A stretch of 63,738 bases of DNA, filler included, from Choristocarpus tenellus KU-1152 (Eukaryota; Protista; Phaeophyceae), in the NCBI GenBank assembly GCA_964200185.2. It is 10 parts of 10 records of this genome, joined end to end, with 100 filler letters (N's around TTAATTAATTAA, not from the genome) between each part and the next. Parts side by side here need not be neighbours in the genome. Positions count along the whole stretch, not along the records: positions 40,664 to 44,461 come from CAXNAD020017863.1; positions 44,562 to 50,638 come from CAXNAD020008999.1; positions 50,739 to 56,117 come from CAXNAD020010978.1; 7 more parts are not named here. One strand, written 5' to 3'. Each line of letters opens with the position of its first letter. The first letter of the stretch is position 1. A model generated the notes under the pieces. It saw only the letters and a program-made list of their open reading frames with translations, was not told the origin of the DNA and searched no databases. Below, in pieces: positions 42,441 to 55,600 of the stretch. The position numbers and the translations under genes were made by a program.

Positions 42441-44127
42441 CTGTGATGTGGTTCAGGTTGGACTTTGCCGCAGCCAAGGCCTCGGCATAGGGCACACTGG
42501 CAGCCAGTTTCTCAAGTAGGTGCACACGGCGTGCCTCAATGACCTCCAGTTCCCGCTGGCGTCGATTGGCCTCCTCCTATACATGCGAGAAAAAGTGGGA
42601 GGTTGGTGTGTAACAGGTTCAACAGGGAGCTGGGGCTGAGAGCTCTTGAAGTGGGGTTGTTGAGGGGAGAGATAGATCCCTGAGAATGGAATAGCTTTGG
42701 TGGGTGGAGACAAGGAGCATGGATTGCGGTAACTCCATTTTGTCAACATTTTGCGTTGTCTGGCCTGCTGGTGGACAAACCATAAATATCCACAATGAAA
42801 GTGCCCACGCATGTAATCATACACAGGGCGTGGTACACATAGGGGGCAAAGAAGGATGAGAAAGTAGGGAGCTACAGTGTTGCCCTCTGAACAATCTACC
42901 TTTTTCTTTCGGGCCAGCTCTTCCCGGTAGCCAACCCTCGGCATATTCTTTGCTAGTCGGTGCACTCGGAGTTCCTCCTCTGCCCTCACAACTTCCTGTT
43001 GGGTCTCTAACCGTGTGGCTTCCTCTTGCTTTCTCTTGGTCCTGTTGTTAATGCGTTTGAAACAATTCAATGCGTTGCGTGGTGAGACAACTTGGAATCG
43101 CCACAGACAAGCCGAGAGGGCACCTTTCTCTTCCACTCTCCCACCCTCCCACCCTTAACTACTATTAACTCCAACCCCGACCACCATCATACTGCCTGCG
43201 CTGGCACCAATCAAACATAATTTCCCAACAGTATTTCACTCTCAAATGAACCCTACTGTATCGTTCGGCAACTGCGACTTTTTTCTGCCCCTCACTTGTT
43301 GTCACTTCATTTACCCCACTTCCTCTGCTGTGTCGACATGTCTCAGATATCAAATCGCTCATGCAACGGAAATACGTTTGACTCAAAGTATCTGGTGGGT
43401 AGGGGGGGGGCGGGGCTAAACCAGGGTGTCCATTTGGGCCCTGACCAGGAAAAGTGCACTTACATTATCCATCCGACACATACAACCAAATCATCGAAAA
43501 ATTGCGACAAGGAAAAATGGGCACCAAATGGACAGCCACCATCCCCCCACATACACTTTGAGCCTTTACAAGCACAACCCTCCCACCATGTTAGTGTAGG
43601 GACATATCCAAGCCATTTCCCAGCACACCCTTATACGTTTTTGTGTCACCTTCACAGCGAAGTATAGTACAAGGTGGACACCACTTTGACAGAGCACTTA
43701 TTTGTCACCCTCCTTACCACACTTTATCACGTGTCCTCCCTATCATAGCTTGTACCAGATCAACTACTGCCATCGGACTACAAGAGAAACCAAGTCAAGA
43801 ACAACACCCCTCATGTAATTTCTAATCCCACAATTCTCTTTACTGATTTAATCAAGGCCAACAATTCAAGAGTATTCTAGCACACCAAAGCCTTTCCTCC
43901 TCAATTTTCCCCTTCTGCCGAACAACACATTTCCACTTCCCTCAGCCATAACGCCCCTCCTTTCAAACCTGTAGGCCTCAACAGCAGCACGCTTTTCTGC
44001 CTCCTCATCTGCCCTCCTTTTTGCTTCTCCCAATAGTACCTTCTCCCTCTCTCTCTCCTCCGCTTCTTCAGCCTCTCTCTCCATCTCAAGTCGATGCTCT
44101 CGCTTGACCCTCAGCACCCCCAGTTGC
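42441..44127 (-). CDS. Coiled-coil protein fragment, CCDC148-like C-terminal region, 3 exons
   Basis: Phase-compatible exons 44127-43969 (QLGVLRVKREHRLEMERE...AVEAYR), 43041-42900 (TKRKQEE...NMPRVGYREELARKK), 42576-42441 (EEANRRQRELEVIEARRVHLLEKLAASVPYAEAL...NLNHIT). The N..RV.YR.E and R...LE.L...V pattern recalls CCDC148; family assignment is from memory, not a search. Confidence 0.6.
43380..43564. mobile_element. MITE family A, full copy, intronic
   Basis: GACTCAAAGTATCT ... ACACTTTGAGCC, flanked by TTT on both sides. Confidence 0.9.
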
Positions 44128-44424
44128 CTTAGTTGGTGAATACAACAGTTACAGTGTCGAGCAAGGACCAGAAGAGTTTATTTGTTTTACGAGTTTCTGC
44201 AGATATCAGTGATAGTCACACGTGTCAAGTTGGTACAGAGTCACGCCTTGAGTGTAAATTTCTTGAATACGATGTCCCACCATATGAGTAGAGTGGAAAT
44301 CCATGAGCATGTGAGGTAACGAAATCATTGGGAATGTTATGTATTGTTCTCGAGGAGAGGCACCTTAAGATTGGGTGAGATATCAAAGCAGACCATTTGA
44401 AAATCGAGGATATGCCTCGACCAT

Positions 44425-44461
44425 GGGTCAAAGTATCTGGTGGGGGGGGGGGTGTCGGCGT
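44425..44461. mobile_element. MITE family A terminus at contig end
   Basis: GGGTCAAAGTATCTGGTGGGGGGGGG. Confidence 0.8.
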
Positions 44462-44561
44462 NNNNNNNNNNNNNNNNNNNNNNNNNNNNNNNNNNNNNNN
44501 NNNNNTTAATTAATTAANNNNNNNNNNNNNNNNNNNNNNNNNNNNNNNNNNNNNNNNNNNN
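44462..44561. other. Artificial contig linker
   Basis: 44 N + TTAATTAATTAA + 44 N. Confidence 0.98.
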
Positions 44562-45029
44562 GTTCGCGGGGGGTGGAGGGGTGGAGGGGGCTGCCAACCT
44601 CTTCCTGCACGTAATTCTGAAAACATAAAAATAATGGTAGTACATAGGATAGAAAAATAGAGAGGAGAGACAATACATGTAATTAATGCATTCAATATAG
44701 TACGTTGGACTTGACTTGATAACAGTACTGCATCATTTTAATGACAATAATATTGTACTGATGGTAATCCTAAGCCCTTAATAACAGCAAATGCAACATA
44801 ATTTTAATAACAGTAATAGCACTACAGCATTGATACTAGTACGGCAGTATTGACCATACAAATGTCCCTAGTAACAGCAACACTAGAAAACACTAAATTA
44901 ACAATAATACTCAATATTGATCATACTAATGTGTCCATAGCAAGAGCAATACTACAAAACGTAAAAATGACAATATTACTACAGCATTGATCGTAACATC
45001 ACATCAGTAACAGAAATACAACATTATTA

Positions 45030-45345
45030 GTTTTCCCTGTGGAAGTTGAACCAGTAATTCCCCCTTAACCTTAACCATAGCCCAAAGCAGTAAGGCATCA
45101 TCACATTGTTTTTTAAAAGTGAAGAGTGTATTTGCAATGCACGTTGTACTCCCGGACAAAAGGATAATACTACATTAACAATAACGGCAATACTGCACTA
45201 TCAGTTTTTTCTTGTGGAAATCAAAACTAAACCACCATTAATCCCCCTTGACCTTAACCCTAGCCCAAAGCAGTAATGGGCCCATTACATCAATTTATAA
45301 AGTGAAGAGTATTTGTATTTGCAATGTATGTTGCACTCCCAGACA
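45030..45345. repeat. Degenerate tandem duplication (~180-bp period)
   Basis: Two copies of TGTGGAA...CCCCTT(A/G)ACCTTAACC.TAGCCCAAAGCAGTAA...AAAGTGAAGAGT..ATTTGCAATG...CTCCC.GACAA at ~45030-45158 and ~45205-45345. Confidence 0.75.
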
Positions 45346-47867
45346 ATAGTATACTTGCTCTCAGGCATTATTAGACCTAAGACTACTGTTGTCCATGTAT
45401 CTGCTCTATACTACTACATAGTACTCCACATCAGAGCATACTTGCCGTCAAACATCAGACCTGCATATTTGAAGCAGTTTTCCACCCAGGCACTTCCCGC
45501 CTTCCTTCTCTCAGAAACCTATGACAAAGGCATCACCCCTACCAACAACCACATGTTGCACCAAATCCCTAGCCCTAATCCTAACCCAGTTCTAACCATA
45601 CTACTAGCCCTAAGTATGATACTTCAGAATATGATCGTACCTGTCCTTCCAAAACAGTCCACTGCATAGCACTGAAGTGCTAGGTGGTACACACATTCGC
45701 TACTCCCAACATAACCCCAAAACTCAACTCCATCCCTAGACCTAAGCGGTCTCACCTCTTGCCCCCCAAATTTCTGCAAGATAGAAGCGTTAATAAGGCT
45801 GCCAATGGGACAGCTTGAAATGGCTGATGAAATCTCCACAGCTGGAACAGAGACAAAATCGCTGGTTAGTACCACTGAGGACCAACATACTCCCCAGAGA
45901 ACCACTGCCAGGAGCACCATCTGCTGGGTAGTCACAACAGAGAGTAAGGGTGATGATTGGGAAAACCAGGGGGAAAAAGTAGGAAATTCTAAGTAGAATC
46001 CCTTCCAGTCTTGTCTCTCTCTAACAAGATTTTCGTGGCATGAAGAGACATCTGTACCATATATAGATATCATACTCAGTAGATAATATATTTGCTGTGA
46101 TTCTCCAAGTAGGGAGGAAAAACTTTCTTGTTCATCAGTATGATGTGCTTAACCTCGATAGGAAAGGTGACTTGAGTTTGGGTTAGGTATTCGCATAGGA
46201 GGAAGGGTCAAGCAAAAAGAAGAGAGTAGTAGATGAGAACAAGATGGATTCTGGTCATTGCTGGACATGTATATTCGGTAGCTCAAGCGTCTGGGGCATG
46301 GCCATGCCAGCAGGTAGATGCTGGGGATGACACCATTATCATACGTAGTTCTTGGGAAAGAAGAGGTACATTGGTATGGACATATCAAGGCATAGGCATT
46401 CTTGGTGACAAATCCCTATTCTGAATATTATGACATAGATTACGACAGGTATTATAAACTTAGGATTAGGGATAGGTCATCCGGAGCAACAGGGAGAGGA
46501 CTATCACACAACTGTGGAACTCCAGACCCGTTGGTCTCAAGGAAAATATTACCACCTGCGATTTGACGAGAATGGGGTATTGAGGGGGCAGTATACTGAA
46601 AACACTGTTGATCAACTACACCTATGGTCGCTTGTCCTCAGGGGAGGACCATAACCTGTTCCAAAAATGAGGGTCACGGTTCACCCAGCGCCTCCTTCAA
46701 CCGAGACCGAAAAATAGCTGGGGAATTGCAGGTTTGTGTGTGTTGATTGCTTCTGGAAACACGTCGCTCTACATGTTTTTCCAGGGCACAAGCCATATCA
46801 TGCCATTCTCTTACACATCCGACGAGGTTGAGTACGGTAACTTTCTTTTAGTACATAGATGGACCTAGCGTCTGGCGTTGTGTCTGTCCACGATGTCGCA
46901 AAGTGAAGGCGTCGCCTGGAAGGCCGCAAAAGGCTTTATTGCTCCCATTATTCCTACCTCACGATCTGCTTAGGACCATGAATGGAGGGGCTTTAGGGTT
47001 GTATAACGACTGAGATGTACATCTGCTAGGATATATCTTACACAAATTCAATACTCAACATACCTTGCGAAACCATAATATCTTCTACCGTTTATATATG
47101 GAACTTCACAGATTGAGACGTTCATTTGCCTGGTCATTATTATTTTTCGAGTGATGCGTTGACATTGTTCGTACAAAAAAGGATATATTGACGATTTGGT
47201 GGCCATGTCCACTGATGTACCTTCGCGCGTTGTGCTTGCTCATCACAGGGACATACATAACTACCAGTCTTCGCTGAGATATAGTACTATCCATCTATGC
47301 CACGTGCCAAGCCCTACAGGAAAAATAAAAACATCTCGAGCTCATCCTCTCTCGTTCCTCTCCGTATGCTTTATTCCATGTCATAATACAGAAAGATTGT
47401 GCATGTCTACCCCAAACACAGTATCCAGATAGGGTAGAGCGTGTCTCACATTACAAAGCTTAGCCGGACAGGCATTTACTGGTCCGTATCAGGGGTAAGA
47501 ACGATACTATGGCTCCCATAGTACCAAAAAAATCGTGTAGAGTAAGATGTCCTTCACGTAAGGAAGAAGTATGTTGGACATAGTGGATGGTTTCTAGTCA
47601 CTCTTCTGTGTTGAGTGTTAAATATCCGTATCAAGACAGCCATCCAACAGCCCTATCGCCATAAATCAGTTCAAATTTATTCAAACAAACAACGGAAAAA
47701 TAAAAGAAATATATTTTCAAGAAACAACTCATCCACCATCAACACTCCCAAAAACGTAGACCTTACAAGATCATCAAATCGTCTTCAAGATCTATCGGAT
47801 TCACTACACAGACAGAGTCATCCCTCAGGTCGATGAATAGGACCTACTAGGTTCCTACCGTCTTTGG

Positions 47868-50453
47868 ATGTTGTGGAGTTTTATTGGATGCTCTTCCGGT
47901 ATGTCTGCAAGAGGGGATTCGCAGGGGAATGGGAGGGATATTTCAGCACCTGGGAACAGCTACAATCACATTGGAAAGGGAAAGGCACCAGGGAGGAAAG
48001 TGCGAGGCCTAGGAAAGAAAGATCTAGAGTACATCATACCATCACAGGAGGTCACCCAAGCAATCAGGGATTTCGTTGTTCCCATTGGATTCAAGAAATC
48101 TAAGCTACCTCAGCACAAGAATCGATCTCCTATGTACGATTGGGGTGTCCGTGTGCAACCAGATCCGATGAGCGAGGGAGTAGAGGGTGGGGGTGGAGAT
48201 GCCGTGGAGGAGGTAGATTCCCAAATTGCTGACCGCCAACGATTCTACTGCATGGCCAGCAGTGCGTGTCGAGAGGGATCGGCAACAGGAATTTACATCA
48301 AGATCACCTCCAGGAACTCTTCCCCAGCGACGGTGCACCTCAGGGGCAAGCATTTTATGCCTGCAGTGAAGTCTCAGTCGAAGACGTAAGTAAGGATATG
48401 GTGCAAATGCTTGTAAACAGGAAGGTTCCTCAACATCCTTTCCACTAGGACCGCTTAGTATGAGGTGTGGCTATTGTCATCAGTTGGACCGAATGGTGTT
48501 CCTGATGAACCTGTCGACCCTTTCTGTAGCTTACTGCAATGTGCCGTCAACCCCATGTGCTCACCCCACTCTATCACTCTGCCCTAACTTCCCCAAAATA
48601 TCGTTGTTCTAGTCTTCTGGAACATGGAAGCTTGAGTCACCTTAATCCGCCAACGACGTTGGGCAACATGTTTAGAAAGCCTTTCTCCAAACATGAGATG
48701 TGCGTTTCCTATGTGAAATCCCACACCGTCCTGGGTATGGAGCCATTCGATTTCCTCGAGGATGGTGAACGCCAACAGCATGCCCTCAGGATAAACGAGA
48801 ATTTTCCAGTGAAGGACCTCGATACAAAAGGGGTAAGTGTTTTGAACCTAATGTGTACCATCCCCCGATCTTTCAACGGCGCACTTCAAGAAGGGCTACC
48901 TATGGAAGCTAGACAGGGAAGGGTTATGTTGCCTTGATACTTTTTCAATGTCTCAACTGACACCACTGCCCATCCTAGGCTAAATTGTTGGCCCCTCTTG
49001 CTTTTGATCTTCAATCATCAGGGAGTAAATCGTCACCATTCTGGAAATACTGAAGAGTCACTAGCAAGGAGAAACACAGTCCCTCCCTTCTCTATGTATA
49101 AAGCAACAATAAAGGTGGCAAGCACCCCATTGTGGCACTAAGGTGCCTTGGCATAGATTATACAGGTCTTATCCACGATCCCAACCTTGAGGCGTAGATG
49201 TGTCTCTGTGCATGGTCAATGATAGACTGATGTATATTTTCCGATAATTCTGTTATCCTGAAGGGAGGATGGAGGTGTGTGTAGGTGATACTTAGCTTAT
49301 TCATGTATGAGGAGGGGGGGGAAGGGGAGGGTGCCTGCATCCTTGGTGAGTTGTTGTGGACTCTGTTTGAGTGGGCAACAGCAAACACTCTCAATATTCA
49401 GAGCTTGCTTTTATGTAAAACAAACATGAGGACTGTGTGTTAGAGATGTCGAACTGGTCTAAGGTACTGCAGCCCCCCCGAATGAAAATTATACACTCCA
49501 TAGTGAAGGAAAGCAAGGACAGACTAAATGAACCAACCTACTCTTGTGACAATAAACGAGTCAGGTAGGTCATGCAGTACCAACAAGAGGATTACAGTTG
49601 ATTTGGAATTGTTGAACATTCACGGTCCAGAGGAAGGTTTAGGGTTAGGGTTACTGTTCTGCTTGTACACTTTTCCCATTGGTAAATTAAAAAAAAAAAC
49701 TGTTTGTACTGCACCCTCCCCCACACCTCCACTTCAAGTCATCCCTTACAGTGTACGAAAATCGTCGTCCCAGGGTCACTAATTTGGTGCGATATTCCTC
49801 AGGCGTTGTATGGACGATTTGTGTTCCGATTGTATATATTTTTTTAACTCGTGACTCGAAAGGGGAAGCACCTCCATGGAGGCGAGGTGGGTTTCCACAC
49901 CTGACAGGCCCATTACAATATTATATATTTGAGCTTTCTCTCTTTTCTTTTCTTTTCTTTTCTTTTCTTTTCTTTTCTTTTTTTTCTCTCTTACAGCGTA
50001 CATTTGATGGCGTACGTAAATTGCGAATCCTCAAAAAAAATAAAAACGAGTGAATCTAAGATTCGTCACCTTGACGGCCGTTCCAACACACCAACCATTG
50101 AAACCCCCACGAATGTACTTTCCTCCCTCGTTCCAAATCAATAGTCACAATATACCGCTCAGCCACAGACACAGCCCTAACCCTAAATAATATCCCCCTG
50201 GAGGTGTACATGTTAGTGACAACCCTGGGTAGGCAACTCTCCATGTGCTGGGAAGAGACTGCATTGGTGGTGCAATTCCTGAAAAACCAGTGCTCTTGCC
50301 CACAGGTAAAGCACACGATCGCTGAGATGTATGCTGCAACGGTGGGGACATTCAAGGGCCGCATGCTGGAGGCGGTGGAGAAGGCTCCGCTCCCTATCCT
50401 GCACATTGGGCTCGACACATGGGAGTCGCGACCGTCTTGCTGCAAGTTCGTTG
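47868..50453 (+). CDS. Intron-containing hAT-superfamily transposase (BED-like finger plus start of catalytic core), 5' fragment
   Basis: Exons 47868-48385 (YDWGVRV...FYCMASSAC...IKITSRNSSPATVHLRGKH; donor GTAAGT), 48613-48832 (MEPFDFLED, cf. hAT PFS.VE; donor GTAAGT), 50306-50453 (VKHTIAEMY...LHIGLDTWES, cf. hAT DxW first catalytic Asp; donor GTGAGA). Phases are compatible and there are no stops. Confidence 0.75.
49941..49985. repeat. (TTTTC)n microsatellite
   Basis: Directly visible. Confidence 0.9.
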
Positions 50454-50638
50454 GTGAGAAAGGGCGTGGCGGGGCTCTCACCGGCGACACTGTATATATA
50501 TATAATTTATTATTATTATTATTATTGAAATTTTGTTTTTAATTTATTTATTTGAACATTTCTGAACGAAATCGCCGCGCTTGCAACAAACAACTCCTGC
50601 GAGTTTTGTTTTTTTTTTGGGGGGGGGGGGGGGGGGAG

Positions 50639-50738
50639 NNNNNNNNNNNNNNNNNNNNNNNNNNNNNNNNNNNNNNNNNNNNTTAATTAATTAANNNNNN
50701 NNNNNNNNNNNNNNNNNNNNNNNNNNNNNNNNNNNNNN
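50639..50738. other. Artificial contig linker
   Basis: 44 N + TTAATTAATTAA + 44 N. Confidence 0.98.
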
Positions 50739-50834
50739 CCATTTCCGGCGCTCAATAAGGAAATGTGATAGTAAAGACTCTAACACTGCGAATCTTGTAC
50801 CTGTGTATGAACGATGGGAAAGACTGTCAAACGG

Positions 50835-51005
50835 CGATAGTCAGGTCAACTGTGATTAAATGGGAGAGAGACTTCCTAAGTATGGGCCACATCAAGGTGT
50901 CGGAGCAAGGGCGCGACGAGAGGCGTTTCGTTCTGGGCCTCGACGAGGACATCCTTGCCGAGATCAAAGAGTGGGTGCGTGAACACGCAGGAAGAAATGA
51001 TAGGG
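50835..51005 (+). mobile_element. Possible DNA transposase N-terminal (HTH-adjacent) fragment, IS630/Tc1-like
   Basis: STVIKWERDFLSMGHIKVSEQGRDERRFVLGLDEDILAEIKEWVREHA resembles the TV..W..F.....S.QG.H.....DED......W.RE pattern I recall from eukaryotic IS630-related transposases. No catalytic domain is visible. Confidence 0.4.
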
Positions 51006-51964
51006 AGGCTTTTTTCCTGTCTAATCCCTATACTTTAATCCATTAATAGTGTATCTGTTGCCACTCTTGGTGACCTACAATCCACGGTTCGAACCCCAAT
51101 ATGAGCGCTCTTTCTTCAAAAAAAGAAGTGAGAAAAAAAGGGAAGTGAGAAAAAAAGGAAGCCCGCACTCTGTTCTTACTGCACAGTTTTAGATGAAAAA
51201 GTAACAGTACCCACACTTGAGGGCATTGTGACGGGCGTCACGAATATGCTTTTATTTTTAAAATCTGATGTGTACATCAAACGTTATGACGGGACAACCC
51301 CAGAGGGCGAAGGTACAGGTACTACTATACAAGGGAACGGACGTGAGGTATACCTTATAAAGGAAGGTAGGTCACTTCAAAGGTATACGTTGGGATCAAG
51401 GTGGTTATGAGATCATCAGAAAGAAATATATATACTTTTTATATTATTAAGAAATATTAATATTACCGTATAGTATCTGCAAAATGTCAAAGGGAATAAT
51501 AATAAAATATTACAGTATGGTACCTCTCTATACCGACCGCTATTTTCCTCCTCCCATATAAGATACCGACGTCCGCATTCCACTTCTTTTGTGTAAGCAA
51601 ACAGTCGGTGTTCGTTGCAACCAATGTCGAAGAGATGTATCCATAACCACAATAGCAGTTGAGAGAAAGAGGATTTACAGGAGCACCAGCGACTGGTCGG
51701 GAAACTACGCTGCTATCTATCTTTTCTAAAGGCGAGGGGTGGCTGCACCTCACCCCAGCAAACAAAAAGGGGATTGGTCAGAGTTTCTTTTGTAGAGGGT
51801 GGGTTGCTGTGTCCGTCCGAGTACGCAAAGAGAAAATGCCTCGACGAAGGGATTCGACATATTGAACAAAGCGAAACGAACTGAGGGAAAATATCTTGAC
51901 CACCAGAAAACGAGGGGTGACTTGACACTGCTGAGCAGGCGGGGTGGTCAGAGAATCTAGAACG

Positions 51965-52663
51965 ATGACAAAGGATACTCCTGCCTCACCCGTAACAAGT
52001 CAGGTGCCAGGAATTGTCCGCGTCGCTGAGCCTGGCGAAGCATCATCTATGACAAAGAAATCGACTACTCCAACAACCGAGGAGGTGAGTACCGCATGAG
52101 ACAGTTATTACGATATTATAATTTTGCTATGAAGTAGAAAGCTTCTCATCGGTATCATGTCACTAGCGTCTCTCTTGATGATCGTTACTCCAAGTGTAAT
52201 GTACAAGTAGCTTGTGACCACACCATTTCTACGCTATGTCGCTCTGCTCGGAATGTCGACAGTGCCTAATTGTCCTAATTAGTCTATATCCAAGTTTTTC
52301 CTAAAGGTACGAAGCTTGCAAGGATACCTATTTGTCGATCTTCTATAGTATCGATCTGCAATGTTCCTCGCGAGTCTATCATTCTGAAAGAGTACAGTAT
52401 TGACTCTGATCCACTTCCCTCTTCTACCCTCGCATGACCACCTATCTCAGATGCGCAGTCACGTCGGAGGGTTGTTCAGGCTCGTCGATTCACTTTTGCG
52501 AGGGCGTGCCCAGCCATCCATATGTGCCGAAGTGGAGACATCTCTAGTGAGAGTTCGAGCTTTTGCTCGATCTTGGAGACCTTTATCGAAAGTTGGATTC
52601 GATGACAAGGACAACGTTCGGACGCAAAGACCTTCCCCGCAAGTTCTCCTAGAGCTAGCTCAG
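51965..52663 (+). CDS. Hypothetical spliced gene, two exons, unknown product
   Basis: Exon 51965-52084 (ATG; MTKDTPASPV...PTTEE; donor GTGAGT) and exon 52451-52663 (acceptor TATCTCAG; MRSHVGGLFRLVD...LLELAQ; donor GTTCGT). Both phase 0 with coding-like composition; no recognisable domain. Confidence 0.45.
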
Positions 52664-55600
52664 GTTCGTATAAGACGAAACATCGGAGGGCAGAAAGACA
52701 AGACCCCTTTGAGCTCTTTTTCTCTTCCTGCAATTAATTTATTTGTGTTTCTGTACACAAAGTACAAGTATCAATGTCTCAAACCTCGTTTTCTAGACCT
52801 CTCTCATCTCTCTTGTTATGTACATGGCATAGGATTTTTTGTTCCTCCTCTCAATCCTCGATTGCTGCCCTCACTTGAACCGTTGAAGGTTCATATTCAG
52901 ATCTTGAGCACGGGCGCGCGTGTGTGTAGGTTAGTGAGTGGGTGTACGTAGGAGAATATGATCTGGGCTCATGTCCACTCTATGTTTGCCACGTCCATTC
53001 TCCCAAAACCGCATAGCTTTATTGGTGAACACCTTGTGCGCCTACCTTACCCAACTTAACGCGGGGGCCCCCTCTACCCATGAGTTCTTGAAGTTGCTTC
53101 AAGGGCTTCAATTTTTTCTCCAGGAACAGTTTCAGTAGGACCCCGTGTGGTATGGAGTGGGGTGAGAACATGACCTACCTAGGAACTTCGGCAGTCTCCT
53201 TGAGATCTTCACAAAGATCAGCTACGCAAGCTTCATTGTGCTGATTGGTGGGCTTCTACCTCATCAAAATGAACATTCCAACGCTCGCTCTAGATATCTC
53301 ATATGTGTATGTGTATGAACACGCCAGGTGCTGCTTGCTGGCACATCTCTTGAGGACGAAGTCAAGAATGATGCAAATCTGCTTATCTAGTCCAACCTCT
53401 GCACTAGACCAAAAAGAAGGGCTTCTCCCTGTCAAAAGATTCATTTGAGACATGGTATATTTTGACCGTAAAGTAAGGTCATGCGGATGCCATGACTCTC
53501 GCTATACCATCACTTCCCAGTACAGATCCCTGCCTAGTCTGATAATCAGAATATACTTTGTACTCATATCCAAATTCTTCCCATTCGCACTCACGGATAA
53601 AATAATAGATAGTTTTGAAGGAGTGAACCCTGACCTTCCAAGTTAGGTCCCCAAACATACACTCAAAAGAATAATATATTATTACTACCATATTAATGCT
53701 ATATTTATGGTTCAAATAGAAAGGATCCCAAACCAACCTTTACGAAAGCATTTAATTGTATACACACGCCGTTCTTTCTAGAATTACAACAAATGCACAA
53801 TCTACTACTCTCTAAGTAATCGCATTTTAATAACTATATTGTACCACCCACACGCATAGAGCAAAAATAAACTTAAACGCTCAATTCGGTCAAGATGAAG
53901 GGCAGCACCCTTTCTTTCAATCAGCCGTTTGAACTACATTTAATACTTCAGCATATCTCAAATTTTAATCCTCTCGGTGATGCGTAGTACCAACCACCTA
54001 CATCATTGTGTCGCCTAACTCTACCTACAGCATGCTGGATAGTGATACAGCTACCATGTACATGATACTCCATTACTGCTAGGTTTGACCCCACCTGCTG
54101 CCCCCTGTCTCAATGACCTACAAGTAATCACGGTTGCTGCAGGCACATGGCATCACGGAGAAACATACCCTACAAATCCAAAACATCACACCTATTCATA
54201 GGATGTAACCCCAGAACACCCCACCCCAACCCCCCTGATCAAAAACCACCACTTCTTGTCAACGACAGGCAGTGTCAAGAAATTGACGTAACACTAGTGG
54301 TATAAAATTCCAATGCAGATCCCAGCATCGTACGGGTGGTTTAGTTGGGTTCCAAATGAACACACAACAGTTGGGACCTGGTATACCTGGAACCAGTGGC
54401 CCTACACATATTATTTGAACCTTGAACACAAACTTGCGACACTGTACGTTCGTAGAGTACTTGATAGTTTTATTGAGGGGTCCAGATTGAAACGCCAAGC
54501 AGGGTTCTTACTACCATTGAAACTACTATTGTTCCTTGATGCATTGATGAAGCGTGATGTTGACTCATACATGGTATTAATGGTGTAGTACAAGAAAACA
54601 GAAGAGCAATAATATTTTTTAGTTGGTAGACGTTTGAAAGAACTCAAGAATGTAGTCTAAAGTGTGAAACGCCTACAAATTACATATAATTCCTTTTGAA
54701 CATGTTCACTGTCGTACGCTTTTAACAACTTGACTGTCCTACGAATCGTAACACCCACAAAATTGTTCAACCAACTTTGATCCTTACAGATTTATGGGAC
54801 TGTACAAAGGTTTTCGTTACAATTCCCCCCATTTCCTCTAGCACCCTTAAGGACGTTGGGGAGAAAAGAAAAGTATGCTGTCGAGATACAAGCTGCTCTA
54901 GGTGCATGATGTTTACTCGCCAGCTGAGGGAATGCCTGCCACTACAAAGGCGAACAGCGGCGTTTTCATCTCCTCCCTATGACTATCCATTTTTCTGGCA
55001 AAGATAATCACATTTGATTAAGTTCCAAGACATCGCCAAAGGGGACATCTTTGTAGAGCGGTAATGCCATCTCAACAACCCATTACTTCTCCCACTCGTC
55101 GATCCGCCTTACCCCTTGTTGCCTCTGTGACGTGTCCTACTGTGGACTGATCCCTTTGGTTCTGAACCCTGTGGAGGTAGGTGTATTGAGGTGTGTAGTG
55201 ATTGTACGAATACTGGAAAGCATCAAAAGGTTCTCGAACTTTGCTACGCCACACCCACCAGCACTCAGAATTCACCTCAACTGAAACACTCGATTCCATC
55301 CTGCATGTAATAAGTCTAATATTTGGCATTCGAACCTGTTGGTGTGCAATTGATGGCGGTTGTGGTATGACTTCCTATCTCCTTTGTACTTTTATGGTGT
55401 GGGTGGGGGGCGCGGGGGACGCAACCAGAGAGGAGTCCACTTGCACAACAATGTCCGAAAGCTTCCGCAAGGAAAGGGAGTGGGGGGGGGGCAAGGGCCC
55501 AGGGTAGGAAGCAACCGCCTCGCTGTTGCCTACCTGCGTTCTGCAGCAGCCTCCCTTGTCTCATTGACCTATACATCATCGACAAAAGACTGGTGAGCTC

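Noticed and set aside
42453-43136. 227-aa single-exon ORF from the track
   Set aside because: It reads through introns; the coiled-coil sequence continues in another frame after splicing (42576-42441).
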